This document shows positions 51,106 to 61,118 of a DNA stretch of 64,000 nt, piece by piece. The position numbers were made by a program, and so were the translations under genes. The notes beneath the pieces were generated by a model. It worked only from the letters and a program-made list of their open reading frames with translations, did not search any database and was not told the DNA's origin. Within the stretch, counting starts at the first letter, position 1. Every line of letters starts with the position of its first letter. Source of the stretch: Candidatus Roizmanbacteria bacterium RIFCSPLOWO2_01_FULL_39_19 (GTDB lineage: Bacteria > Patescibacteriota > Microgenomatia > UBA1406 > HO2-37-13b); assembly GCA_001789725.1 (NCBI GenBank), contig MGAM01000015.1:12470-76469 (forward strand), given 5' to 3'.

Positions 51106-54100
51106 ATGATGCCTGCTAATAAAAAAACTTCAACAAAATTTTTTCAATTGGTCGGATTAGTTATTTTAATAATAATCGGGATTATTAGTCTTGTTTCATT
51201 ACAAAAATCCCAACCTTCCCAACCAAAAGCCCAAGACACAAGTGAATGTAGGAGTAATATAAAACTCAATATTCTTGATATGGCCGGGAAGACTTTTACC
51301 AACTTTTCATCACTTAGTTGGGGGTTAGATAACACAATCCTAAAAACTATTAATAAATTTTCGCCGACTGCTGATCTTAATGTTACAATACAAGACGATC
51401 GATCTCAAAACAGAAAACTCATATTTGACCAGTCTGAATTTGCAATAGTTGCTGCTAAACTTGATGAATCTGTTATTGATTCAACAGAAAATTCTGTTAG
51501 TTTCAGCTCGTTTTGTGGCAAAAAAACACTAACGATCCTGGCCCAACCCCAACCGAAAATAGAATTTGCCTCAAACGCGGCAGCTCAAAGCTCAGCCCAA
51601 AGTTGCAATACACGATGTGATGTTAAAGAGCAAAATTGTCCGGATGACTTCGTGTGTGTCTCAAGCTGTCTATCGGGCAAAGCCTGCCCGAAAACATTTC
51701 AAGGAGTTTGTCGGGCTGCAGCCTGCCCAAAAAGCCTTTCTTGTGGTTGTCTGCCTCCGCCAACGCCAACGGCATTGCAACCGCTTACGCACGGCGTAAA
51801 AGGGAAAATCCGTTTTACTGGCGGGGTCCAACCTCGTCGGTATATTCGTTTTTTCTTTCGTAGAGCTGGAACGGAAGATGATGGTAGCGAATATCAAAGC
51901 TTGAGTAAATACAAAATATCCCCAAACGGAGTTGATTTTCAGTTCAATCCCCATGAAAGATTTAGTAGTGGCTGGCGTGACTTTGTGATATATTCAAGAA
52001 AAGATTTTCTAAACTCTGATGGAGATATAATCGAGCAATTCCCAAAAGGGACCAAAATAATTTACAATGGTCCCTGCAAATCTTCGTCAAGACCGGATGA
52101 ATGCGAGTTGAATCTTCCTAGTGATGGGGGTGTTATTAACCTTGACATCACCATAAATTTTCCTCCAATTGATGAATCTAAAACTGGAGAGTTAGCAATT
52201 GGAGGAAAAATCGGCGGTTCAACTGAGAATCTGGCCGGTCGTTACTTAAAGTTTACTGCCTGCCGGGTTGATCCGATTGACAACACCTGTCTTGATCCGA
52301 TAAACAGTCAAAAATCGTTATTTGCTCTTATTCCACCCAATGGTCAATCAACTATTCTCTCCTCTCCCGTGTCTCTTACTCCCGGAAAGTATCTTATCAC
52401 TACTGAGACCGACTCTTATTCTGAATACTGGGGAGGCAACGCCATTCCCCTTCCTGACCAAACCGGAATAAACCCCCTTGAGGGAAAATGTGACGAATAC
52501 GACACTGATTTGCGCCATTGTTACCGTTGGGTCAGAGATGGCTATTCCTCCCAGGCTGATTTTTATTTCTTATTTCCATCTGAGGATCGCGGTGTAATAA
52601 AGGGGGAAATTCTTATCAATGGGTACTTACCTATCAAGGGTTATGTTGCCGAGGTAAAGCTTTGTAAGTGGAGTTTATCAAAGATAATTGGCGATTGTCT
52701 GCCGCCGTTTCAAACCCTCACCTTTCGCTATAGCGGCTACCAGCATCTTGTCATTCCCGATATTCCTCAGGGCAGATATGTTGCCAGCATGAGCAAGTAT
52801 TATTTTGAAGAGGACAGAACAATCTCATCCAAACCGATTCCATATCCGGTAGGTACCAGATATTCACTCTTATCAAATATTTACCCCCCTTATCGTCTAC
52901 CATTTTCTGACGATCAGACTATTATTGACGTAGGTAAAGGCGGGCAGTGGTATTCTGATGTTGCATTCAGAATTACACTATCTGAAACAGGCTGGTCACT
53001 TCCGATGGCCCTGCAGATGGATAGCCGGTTAAATTTTTCCGCAGAGGATGATAATTGGGGCCCGATGTTTGATGCTTGTCTGATAGTAAATAATCAGCCC
53101 GATTGCAGTCAAAAATATAGCGCGATGTTTATAGTGTCGGGAATATTAGAAAACTTACCCTTGCATTTTTATATTAATGAAGACTTTTCCCGGCTGCCCC
53201 AAGGGCAATTTTTGCTGACACCCCGAAAAGGACTTTATGACAGCGCCGGCAAGATGTTAATTGATCCCTACATGAAAATTATTCGCGAGAATTGTTCTGA
53301 GCCTTACGGCGAGTTGGGTTGTATTATCTCGTCGGTTGAAAAATATCAACCGCAAATGCCGGGGCCATTGTATAAATTTGATTTCCGTGTCCCGTCCCAC
53401 ATAAAAGGAACACTGCAAATCAGAAACACTACCGGAGTTAATCTTGACATTAATGATGTTGACTTCAATATCTGTCGCAACGATCGTGACAGTAAAGAGT
53501 GTTATTTGGCCAAATCAAAACCGGGCAACACACTTAATTTGACTAAAAAGAGCAGAAATTTGTTTGAAGTTAATTTCAACATTAAGGACGGGGCAACAAG
53601 CGCAATTACTACAGGCAACTCTTACGGCATACAGTCAATCATTAAAATTGCCGGCCGACCCGCTCCTCTTACAATATTTCACCAATATATCAGCGCTCCT
53701 CAGGATAATCTGCAGCTGGTAACAAACATAACCGATCTCAATCTTGATCCGGCACAAAAAGTAACTAAAAAAGTGCTTCTTTTAAAGCAAAATCCTTATC
53801 TGCCACTACTACACAAACGATTGTTTGAAGTATTTTATACATATGTTGATCAAAACAAGCTTGCCAACGATGCCATTTCATATTTAAACAAGAGTATTCC
53901 GGTTGCAACCTATGAACTTACCAAGATTATCGATTATGACCATATGCCACCGGCAAAAGATATTGGCGGGACAACCACTCAAGAGCAGGATTATATTGCT
54001 TGCACACAGCATGTATCCGCTGATAATCCGGGCTGTACGCGCCTCTCTAGCCGTACCATTGATTATATAAAGCTATTTGATGAGCCTGAGCTTAAAATCT

Positions 54101-54783
54101 GTGATCTGGTTAATGATAACAAGATCGATGAGGTGTGGAATATGGCATTGCCTTTTACGGGGGTTGGTGAGGGAGACATGGTCGGACCTAATCCTTACAA
54201 TGTAAACGGGTTGGTTGTCAAGAATACCAAATGTAACCGTAACGTTCCAATTTTAGGAATTGATATTACTCGCGCTCCAGAATTAGCAATACATTCTTTA
54301 GGGCACAGAATGGAGTCGACAATGACGCTTGTGTACCATTCTCTTAAATGGGACTATCCGCCAACAAATAATTGGGAAAAATATGTTATTGCCAAAAGCC
54401 ACGCAGTGCAAGGAGCCAAAATTTTTGGCTGCGGCAGCGTTCATGCACCGCCCAACGCCGTTAAAGGTTATGATTATCTTTTGTCAAACGAGGTAGATTC
54501 TTATTGTCAAAGTTTTTTTGATTATCCGGTAATTAACGAAAATAATTTTGTTAAAGTCAACAGTTTAACATGGGGGCAAACTGAAGCTGGATATTATCAG
54601 TGGTGGTTTAGTCATATCCCGTCAGTTGTGGGCAGGGGAGCTGACGGTGTTTTGCAAAACTGGTGGACATACTTTCTTGATCCTGATTTTACGGCTAAAG
54701 AAGCAGGAGTAACGTCCGTTGCTGAATTTAATAAAGCGGCAAGATCCCAAGTGCATAGCCGCTATTTAAATAAGGGTGAATAA
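51106..54783 (+). CDS. Giant (1225 aa) signal-anchored, Cys-rich extracellular protein of unknown function
   Basis: N-terminal TM, then a Cys-rich module (CNTRCDVKEQNCPDDFVCVSSCLSGKACP...CPKSLSCGC) and a PPPTPT linker. Long beta-rich middle region. The C-terminal ~350-aa domain carries GCGSVHAPPNA...YYQWWFSHIP...NWWTYFLDPDF. Confidence 0.7.
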   Translation: MMPANKKTSTKFFQLVGLVILIIIGIISLVSLQKSQPSQPKAQDTSECRSNIKLNILDMAGKTFTNFSSLSWGLDNTILKTINKFSPTADLNVTIQDDRSQNRKLIFDQSEFAIVAAKLDESVIDSTENSVSFSSFCGKKTLTILAQPQPKIEFASNAAAQSSAQSCNTRCDVKEQNCPDDFVCVSSCLSGKACPKTFQGVCRAAACPKSLSCGCLPPPTPTALQPLTHGVKGKIRFTGGVQPRRYIRFFFRRAGTEDDGSEYQSLSKYKISPNGVDFQFNPHERFSSGWRDFVIYSRKDFLNSDGDIIEQFPKGTKIIYNGPCKSSSRPDECELNLPSDGGVINLDITINFPPIDESKTGELAIGGKIGGSTENLAGRYLKFTACRVDPIDNTCLDPINSQKSLFALIPPNGQSTILSSPVSLTPGKYLITTETDSYSEYWGGNAIPLPDQTGINPLEGKCDEYDTDLRHCYRWVRDGYSSQADFYFLFPSEDRGVIKGEILINGYLPIKGYVAEVKLCKWSLSKIIGDCLPPFQTLTFRYSGYQHLVIPDIPQGRYVASMSKYYFEEDRTISSKPIPYPVGTRYSLLSNIYPPYRLPFSDDQTIIDVGKGGQWYSDVAFRITLSETGWSLPMALQMDSRLNFSAEDDNWGPMFDACLIVNNQPDCSQKYSAMFIVSGILENLPLHFYINEDFSRLPQGQFLLTPRKGLYDSAGKMLIDPYMKIIRENCSEPYGELGCIISSVEKYQPQMPGPLYKFDFRVPSHIKGTLQIRNTTGVNLDINDVDFNICRNDRDSKECYLAKSKPGNTLNLTKKSRNLFEVNFNIKDGATSAITTGNSYGIQSIIKIAGRPAPLTIFHQYISAPQDNLQLVTNITDLNLDPAQKVTKKVLLLKQNPYLPLLHKRLFEVFYTYVDQNKLANDAISYLNKSIPVATYELTKIIDYDHMPPAKDIGGTTTQEQDYIACTQHVSADNPGCTRLSSRTIDYIKLFDEPELKICDLVNDNKIDEVWNMALPFTGVGEGDMVGPNPYNVNGLVVKNTKCNRNVPILGIDITRAPELAIHSLGHRMESTMTLVYHSLKWDYPPTNNWEKYVIAKSHAVQGAKIFGCGSVHAPPNAVKGYDYLLSNEVDSYCQSFFDYPVINENNFVKVNSLTWGQTEAGYYQWWFSHIPSVVGRGADGVLQNWWTYFLDPDFTAKEAGVTSVAEFNKAARSQVHSRYLNKGE

Positions 54784-54857
54784 CACGAGGGGGCCTTGTT
54801 TTTTGACATAGTTTTTGATATATTACTAGCATCGAAAAACGAAAAGAGGTATGATTT

Positions 54858-55940
54858 ATGCCAAAGGTTACTAAAAAGAATACTCCGTTCCCCGCAACGT
54901 CAATGGATCAGCTTCTTCAATCTGTTTCCTTTCAACCTCCCAAAAAAGGTCTTGAAACTGACGCAAAAATTGTCTCAATCTCAAAAAAAGGCGTGTTATT
55001 TGATTTGGGGTGGAAGTCTTACGCCGTTCTTGGCGAGCTTGAAGTTCAGGAGCTAGGGCCATTCTCAGCGCATTTGCATGTTGGAGACGAAGTCAAAGTG
55101 AGAGTTGTTGTTGAGGAATCAAAAGAAGGATATCCGGTAGTTTCAATGAAACGTTTTTTTGACAAAGGGAGATGGGATTTGTTGGAAGAAAAATTTAAGA
55201 ATGAAGGAGAAATTGAAGTAATGTGCGGTGATTATGGCAAAGGGGGAGTGTTTATTGATTTTATGGGGATAAGAGGAGTTATTCCTAAAATTCAATTAAC
55301 TCAGGAGTATATTGATAGTCCTCAGAAATTAAAAGGGCAAAAATTAAAAACAAAAGTTTTAGAAGTTGATCGCCAGAAAAATCGTCTTGTCGTTTCTCAA
55401 AAAGCAGCAGTACTTGGAATTTCATATAAAAGTATCAAAGAAAAATTCGACAAAATTGTCATTGGTAAAAAATACAAGGCAAAGATCATAGGATTCTCCG
55501 AATTTGGGGTTTTTTGCGAAGTTGACAAAATTGAAGGATTGATTCATATCTCAGAAATTTCGTGGGCCAAGGTTATCGATTCAAGTAAGTATCTTGAAGT
55601 AGGGTCGACAATTGACGTTGTTGTCGTTGAAAAGAACGAAGATAATCTAAAACTTAATCTTTCAATAAAACGCTTAACCCCCGATCCTTGGGAAGAGCTT
55701 GAAAAGAAATATCCAAAAGAAAAAGCAATAACAGGTGAGATTATTCGTAAAGAGAGATATGGATATATTGTCAGACTAGAACCGGGTATTGAAGGGCTTA
55801 TCCATATCTCAAAAGTTGAAGGTAATGACACAATTGTCGTTGGACAGACCGTATCGGTTTACATTGAAAATATAGATGCTAAAAATCGTCGGATTAGCCT
55901 CGTGTTAGTCCCTCTTGAGAAACCAGTAGCCTATCGTTAA
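54858..55940 (+). CDS. rpsA: 30S ribosomal protein S1 (four S1 domains)
   Basis: Repeated S1 OB-fold motifs (GVLFDLG, GVFIDFMGIRGVIP, GVFCEVDKIEGLIHISE, GYIVRLEPGIEGLIHISK). Confidence 0.85.
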   Translation: MPKVTKKNTPFPATSMDQLLQSVSFQPPKKGLETDAKIVSISKKGVLFDLGWKSYAVLGELEVQELGPFSAHLHVGDEVKVRVVVEESKEGYPVVSMKRFFDKGRWDLLEEKFKNEGEIEVMCGDYGKGGVFIDFMGIRGVIPKIQLTQEYIDSPQKLKGQKLKTKVLEVDRQKNRLVVSQKAAVLGISYKSIKEKFDKIVIGKKYKAKIIGFSEFGVFCEVDKIEGLIHISEISWAKVIDSSKYLEVGSTIDVVVVEKNEDNLKLNLSIKRLTPDPWEELEKKYPKEKAITGEIIRKERYGYIVRLEPGIEGLIHISKVEGNDTIVVGQTVSVYIENIDAKNRRISLVLVPLEKPVAYR

Positions 55941-55945
55941 TTTGC

Positions 55946-55974
55946 TTGAAAATAGCCTTTCAATCTTGTATAAT
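55946..55974 (+). promoter_or_regulatory. Promoter for 5S rRNA: TTGAAA (55946-55951), 17-nt spacer, TATAAT (55969-55974).
   Basis: Near-consensus hexamers ~7 nt upstream of the 5S 5' end. The element begins 6 nt after the rpsA stop codon. Confidence 0.6.
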
Positions 55975-55980
55975 CGTTCT

Positions 55981-56094
55981 TGCTCTGGTGATTTGAGCGT
56001 TTTGGAACCACCTCTTCTCATTCCGAACAGAGTCGTGAAACGAAACAGCGCTGACGATACTCTTATTGGGGGACAATAAGTCGTTGCCAGGGCT
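55981..56094 (+). rRNA. rrf: 5S ribosomal RNA (orphan, not linked to 16S/23S in this window)
   Basis: Helix I is GCUCUGG/CCAGGGC. Conserved motifs are CCGAACAGAGUCGUGAAACG and AGCGCUGACGAUACU. A T8 run follows. Confidence 0.85.
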
Positions 56095-56149
56095 TTTTTT
56101 TGGCCAAAAACAAAAAACCAAGCTGGGATATCTGCTATAATCAAGTCAA

Positions 56150-56716
56150 ATGCCAGACATATCTCCTTTACCCAAGTTACAATCTCATAGTGTTTTTCAC
56201 ACCTTTTGTAAATATCCGCAAGTTGCCTTTGAAAGTCAGCACGAACATGAAATTGTTATTTTAACACTTCGAGCTCACCCATTTACCCAGACTAATTGGA
56301 TTATAATTTCAATTATTGGGTTTTTGTCGCCTTTTGTTTTGGATGTTTTTTTAGTCGGACGAGCTCAAGTTTTAGTGGTTTTATTTGCCAATGTTTTCTG
56401 GACTTTGATAGTTTTGAGTTTTGCATTCTACAACCTGTTAAGGTGGGTATTTAATGTTGGTATTATAACTAACGAGCGGGTGCTAGACGTTGATTATGTT
56501 TTTATCCAAAAAGAGATAACCGAAGCTGCAATATATGACATTACCGATGCAACGGCTCGAACCACGGGTTTTTTCCCAAACCTATTTAACTACGGAGACG
56601 TTTTTGTACAAACAGCAGGAACAAATGAAAATATTGAATTTTTAGCGGTGCCTCATCCAAACGAGGCAGTTGGGATCATTAATCAGTTTGCTCAAGCTAC
56701 TCATGGAGATAATTGA
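56150..56716 (+). CDS. Membrane protein with a bacterial PH (bPH_2/YdbS-like) domain
   Basis: Two TM helices, then ITNERVLDVDYVFIQKEITEAAIYDITDA...GDVFVQTAG. Confidence 0.55.
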   Translation: MPDISPLPKLQSHSVFHTFCKYPQVAFESQHEHEIVILTLRAHPFTQTNWIIISIIGFLSPFVLDVFLVGRAQVLVVLFANVFWTLIVLSFAFYNLLRWVFNVGIITNERVLDVDYVFIQKEITEAAIYDITDATARTTGFFPNLFNYGDVFVQTAGTNENIEFLAVPHPNEAVGIINQFAQATHGDN

Positions 56717-56945
56717 CAGAGTTTTTGAATTTATTCAAAGCGGTAACTTATTTGTCTTTTTTACAAAACTTTTTGGAATAGTCCTGGGAGGACTTTATCT
56801 TTTTTTTACACTCGTCATGGTCCAGCAGGTAATTACTCTCAAGAAAGTTGTTGAGGTACATGACCGGGGTATATTATTACTTTTATCTCAAATACAATTT
56901 GTAGCAGCGATTGGAATTTTGTTATACGCAGTAGTAATCTTGTAG
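56703..56945 (+). CDS. Small two-TM hypothetical protein
   Basis: MEIIDRVFEFIQSGNLFVFFTKLFGIVLGGLYLFF... Its start overlaps the upstream gene's end. Confidence 0.45.
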   Translation: MEIIDRVFEFIQSGNLFVFFTKLFGIVLGGLYLFFTLVMVQQVITLKKVVEVHDRGILLLLSQIQFVAAIGILLYAVVIL

Positions 56946-56946
56946 T

Positions 56947-58668
56947 ATGAAACTACAGCATGAGTTTTTTCTCCAGGCGGTAGCCGATAGCCAATATTTA
57001 ACCGATGGGATTTGTGAAGACTCTATGGCTCTATTTTTGAGAGTTTTAAAGCAGGACGAGGGACTGCTGACTGAAGGACCACTCCAAAATATTCAAAAAG
57101 AAATTAAAGATAAAACACCAACAACGCTGACCCAATTTGCCAAGATAATAAATTCTGTTTTAACTGCGCTTGAATTTCAATCGAGCTTTGCTTTTTCAGC
57201 ATGTTATTTAATTGAAGATAGAATCTATCTTGTAACGGCCGGTCTGGGTGGAATATTTATAACCCAAAATAACAAAGTAGCCCGTCTTATCATGGGAGAA
57301 CAAAATGCCTCAGGTCGCCCTAAACCAGACGAGCTGCTAATACTTGGGGCGTACGATACAACTTTCAAAGATGCTCAGACTTCCAGCCTTAACTTAATCG
57401 GAGAAGAATTTGATGAAAAAATGACCAATTTATACAGCCTGCACGATATTGGTGGTTTTGTCGTGAGCCACCTTATGCAAGATGTCCCAACAACAGCCGT
57501 TGCTCAAGTAAGACCCGATGAAGACAATAAAAACGTTCCAAATGAAGAAGAAATACTCTCGACAACAACCGGTAGTACAAAAAAAAGAAAAATAACACTA
57601 ATTGCGTCCGTTGTAATAATACTGATTCTATTCTGGAGCGTAGTGTTTGGTTATCAACGTCGTCAACGACAGGAGATTTTGTCCGTGTTAAAACAGACAG
57701 AACCCCAGATAGAATCAAAGATACAGGACGCCGAAGAGGAACTTGAATTTGATCCCCATGCAGCGAAATCTTTAGCCTCTGAGGCTGAGTTACTCTTTGA
57801 ACCAATATGGCAAAAAGCCCAAAAAAATAATTTAACAGAAGAAAAGGACGTAAAACAAATTCACGAAAGAATTGAAGCAACTATTTCTAAAATAAGTAAT
57901 GTCGGGAATAAAAAACCTGAGGAATTTTACGATCTTACTCTCTTAAGTAAAAATGTTAATATCACTAGACTTATGCCAACGGACGACGATTCAATTGGGT
58001 TTCTGGACACGGAACATAAAAAGATCTATCAAGTGGCAATAGAGAAAAAATCGGTTAAAACCTTCTCGCCAAAAAAATTAACTGATAAAAGTCTGGCGGT
58101 TATCGACAAGAACAGATTGTTTTTCACAACCTCTGACGGTATTTTCATGGATGATTATACAAATAACAAGAAGATTGCTAACCATGAAGAATGGGGCAAC
58201 GTTGTTGATTTTATAACATTCAATGGTAATCTCTATCTTCTTGATATCCAAAAAGATGAAATCTATAAATATCTAGTTGTTGATGCGTCAACTTTTTCCA
58301 ATAAAAATTCTTATTTCAAGACTGGACAATCTGTTGACCTTAAAAACGCTACAAGCTTTGCTGTAGATGGAGCTTTTTATATAGGTTTTTCTGACGGTAA
58401 AGTGCTGAAATATATAAGCGGAATAAAACAAGATTTTACGTTGAAATCTCCTAGAGAACTTAAGGTCTCGAAGGTACTTACAAATATTAATACTGATAAT
58501 CTTTACGTCTTTGACCAAAAGCAAGGGGTAGTGTTTGTCTTTTCTAAAGAAGGAGAGTACAAAAAAGAAATTGTGTCTCGGTATTTAAAAGATGCGACCA
58601 ATATGGCGCTTATTAAAGGAGATAAGATAATCTTTCAGGCGAGTTCAAAAATATACATCTTGAAATAG
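56947..58668 (+). CDS. Hypothetical bitopic protein (cytoplasmic N-domain, one central TM, beta-rich C-domain)
   Basis: 573 aa. TM at ITLIASVVIILILFWSVVFGY. The C-half has repeated beta-strand-like segments (possible propeller). No confident family. Confidence 0.55.
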   Translation: MKLQHEFFLQAVADSQYLTDGICEDSMALFLRVLKQDEGLLTEGPLQNIQKEIKDKTPTTLTQFAKIINSVLTALEFQSSFAFSACYLIEDRIYLVTAGLGGIFITQNNKVARLIMGEQNASGRPKPDELLILGAYDTTFKDAQTSSLNLIGEEFDEKMTNLYSLHDIGGFVVSHLMQDVPTTAVAQVRPDEDNKNVPNEEEILSTTTGSTKKRKITLIASVVIILILFWSVVFGYQRRQRQEILSVLKQTEPQIESKIQDAEEELEFDPHAAKSLASEAELLFEPIWQKAQKNNLTEEKDVKQIHERIEATISKISNVGNKKPEEFYDLTLLSKNVNITRLMPTDDDSIGFLDTEHKKIYQVAIEKKSVKTFSPKKLTDKSLAVIDKNRLFFTTSDGIFMDDYTNNKKIANHEEWGNVVDFITFNGNLYLLDIQKDEIYKYLVVDASTFSNKNSYFKTGQSVDLKNATSFAVDGAFYIGFSDGKVLKYISGIKQDFTLKSPRELKVSKVLTNINTDNLYVFDQKQGVVFVFSKEGEYKKEIVSRYLKDATNMALIKGDKIIFQASSKIYILK

Positions 58669-58710
58669 TTGTCTTGACAATATAACTTACGTTTGTCATT
58701 ATCATATATT

Positions 58711-59370
58711 ATGAAAGTCATTAAACACGTTGTTGTTTTTTTTGTTGGCCTATATATTGTTTTGGCGTCGAACATGTTTTTTGTTCACACACTTATAAGT
58801 AGTGGCGACTCACTATTTCAGCCGGTGAAAGAAGCAAATGCACAATCTATTGTCTTGCCGACAATAACGCCAACTCCCACATCAGTGCCTACCAATACTC
58901 CAACGCCCACACTGCTGGTTGTTGGCGATCCAGTAACTATTGAAATACCAAAATTTTCAATTAATACCCATATTGTCCCAGTTGGGATTGCAGAGGATAA
59001 CACAATGCAAACCCCAGGTGACTTTAGTCAGGTCGGATGGTATAACAAAGGGATACGCCCCGGGGAGGAAGGAGCCGCGATAATTAACGGCCATTATGAT
59101 GATACTCAAGGTAAGCCGGCAGTTTTCTACAATCTATCTGATCTAAACACAGGAGATGAAATTGTCGTTAAAACAGCATTGGGGAAAATACTAAAGTTTC
59201 AGGTGGAGTCGTCATACAGTGAAGAATATACTTCTTTTCCAAAAGAGTTGGTTTATTCAAAATATGAAGGAAAAGGAATCCGATTGATTACTTGTGATGG
59301 AGTATGGATTACGAAAGAAAAAACCTATTCAAGACGACTCGTAGTTAACGCAAGATTGGTTAAGGATTAG
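58711..59370 (+). CDS. Sortase family transpeptidase
   Basis: N-terminal TM and a TPTP linker, with AIINGHYD and the catalytic IRLITCDG motif. Confidence 0.75.
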   Translation: MKVIKHVVVFFVGLYIVLASNMFFVHTLISSGDSLFQPVKEANAQSIVLPTITPTPTSVPTNTPTPTLLVVGDPVTIEIPKFSINTHIVPVGIAEDNTMQTPGDFSQVGWYNKGIRPGEEGAAIINGHYDDTQGKPAVFYNLSDLNTGDEIVVKTALGKILKFQVESSYSEEYTSFPKELVYSKYEGKGIRLITCDGVWITKEKTYSRRLVVNARLVKD

Positions 59371-60383
59371 ACAAAATCAGCTAACTTCTCAACCAAATCG
59401 ACCAATCGAGAAGAGTACCCCCATTCGTTGTCATACCAACCAAATATCTTCATTAAGTTATTTGGCATAACTGCAGTATAATTTGCGTCGAATATGCAGG
59501 AATAAGGACTTCCAATGTAATCTGATGAGACAAGCTGCTCATCTTCATATGCAAGATACCGATGTAAATCGCCCTCTGCTCTATTCTTGAAACTTTGATT
59601 GATTTGATCAGTTGTTGGGTTTTTTTCAACAATACAACTTATATCAGAATAAGACACCACAGGAACAGGGACTCTAATTGAAGTGCCGTCAATCAAACCT
59701 TCAAGTTTAGGAATAACTCTAACAATCGCATCCGCCGCCCCAGTTGTTGAGGGAATGATTGATAAGGGAGCAGCTCTTGATCTTGTAAAATCATGACCGC
59801 TATTATCAAGCAATTGTTGGGATGAGGTGTATGAGTGGATAGTTGTTATATACCCGCTTTTTATCGTAAACGAATCATGCAAGACTTTAAACATGATGGC
59901 TGCACAGTTGGTGGTGCACGATGCGTTTGAAATAATATCAGCTTTCTCAAATGGAAAATCTTTATCGTTGACTCCCAAAACTATATGAGGAATTGTTTTG
60001 TCGTTTGAAGGAGAGGTAAGAACGACTTTCTTAACAGACGCGCCGATATGCTTGGCTAACTCTTGTCGAGTTTCAAAAACGCCGGTACAATCAACAACAA
60101 CATCAACGTCCTGTGTATGCCAAGGTATATCTTGAGGATTTTTGTAGTTAAAGCAAGTGATTGATTTATTATCGATAGTAATTGAAGTTGAGGCGTGAGC
60201 AATATTTTTTTCAAATGTTCTGTATATTGAGTCATACCTTAGTAAGTAGGAAAGAATTTCTGGAGTGGATCTTGATGTATTGACGGCAGCAATCTCGATA
60301 TTTGAATTATCGCAGGCAATACGAGTAAAACACCGGCCAATTCTTCCAAAACCATTTAAGCCAACTCTTACAACTTTGCCCAT
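59367..60383 (-). CDS. gap: Glyceraldehyde-3-phosphate dehydrogenase
   Basis: VGLNGFGRIGR and the NASCTTNC active site. Confidence 0.9.
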   Translation of the reverse strand: MGKVVRVGLNGFGRIGRCFTRIACDNSNIEIAAVNTSRSTPEILSYLLRYDSIYRTFEKNIAHASTSITIDNKSITCFNYKNPQDIPWHTQDVDVVVDCTGVFETRQELAKHIGASVKKVVLTSPSNDKTIPHIVLGVNDKDFPFEKADIISNASCTTNCAAIMFKVLHDSFTIKSGYITTIHSYTSSQQLLDNSGHDFTRSRAAPLSIIPSTTGAADAIVRVIPKLEGLIDGTSIRVPVPVVSYSDISCIVEKNPTTDQINQSFKNRAEGDLHRYLAYEDEQLVSSDYIGSPYSCIFDANYTAVMPNNLMKIFGWYDNEWGYSSRLVDLVEKLADFV

Positions 60384-60406
60384 TTATAAATGATAGCAAA
60401 AAGTTA

Positions 60407-61111
60407 TTATTCTTGCTCGCTCTCTTTTGAAGACTCATCTTTTGACTCAAGTGGCTCCTCAGCGGGCGTCTCACCCTCGGTCGTCTCTACCCCAGCCTCT
60501 TCTTCTGGAATTTCAGCCGTTGTGTCTGGCTCAATACTCTCTTCCTTGTGGGCAACTATTCTAACGATAGTTGTCTCGGCCTCTTCAATAAGTTCAAAAT
60601 CATCAGATTTTGTTAGTTGTCCAAGAGTGATCTCATCATCAATCTCAACAAGGATTGAGATATCAATTTCAATTTGAGACGGAATTGCATCCGGCAAGGC
60701 TCTAACCAAGAGCGTGTCTTTAAGAGTTAACATGTCGCCCTTCTTCTTTTCAACCGCTCCTGACTCGCCTACAAATTGGATTGGAACTTCAGTTTCAATT
60801 TTCTGTTTCAGGTTAACTTTCTTGAAATTAACATGCAGTAGATCGTGGGTGATTGGGTGTTTTTGCACAGTATCAATTATTGTTGGATACTCCATTTTGT
60901 CAATAGTCACATACACAACTTGAGTAACGCCCGCGATTTTATAAATTTTTTTAAACTCTCCTAATTCCATCCATATTGATTGAGAAGTAAATCCAGCCCC
61001 AAAAATATTAGCCGGCAATTTTTCTTCCGCCCGTAGTTTTTTTACTTTCTTACCCAGAATGTCTCTTTTATGGGCATTAAGCTCAATTTTTTCCTTTTTT
61101 GATTTTTCCAT
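60407..61111 (-). CDS. rplY: 50S ribosomal protein L25/Ctc with an acidic C-terminal tail
   Basis: LNAHKRDILGKKVKKLRAEEKLPANIFG...HVNFKKV..., followed by an E/T-rich tail. The start at MEKSKK is preferred. Confidence 0.8.
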   Translation of the reverse strand: MEKSKKEKIELNAHKRDILGKKVKKLRAEEKLPANIFGAGFTSQSIWMELGEFKKIYKIAGVTQVVYVTIDKMEYPTIIDTVQKHPITHDLLHVNFKKVNLKQKIETEVPIQFVGESGAVEKKKGDMLTLKDTLLVRALPDAIPSQIEIDISILVEIDDEITLGQLTKSDDFELIEEAETTIVRIVAHKEESIEPDTTAEIPEEEAGVETTEGETPAEEPLESKDESSKESEQE

Positions 61112-61118
61112 TATGATT

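Noticed and set aside
60390-60677. Ser-rich 95-aa plus-strand ORF.
   Set aside because: It is antisense to the acidic E/T-rich tail of L25/Ctc, a typical low-complexity shadow ORF.
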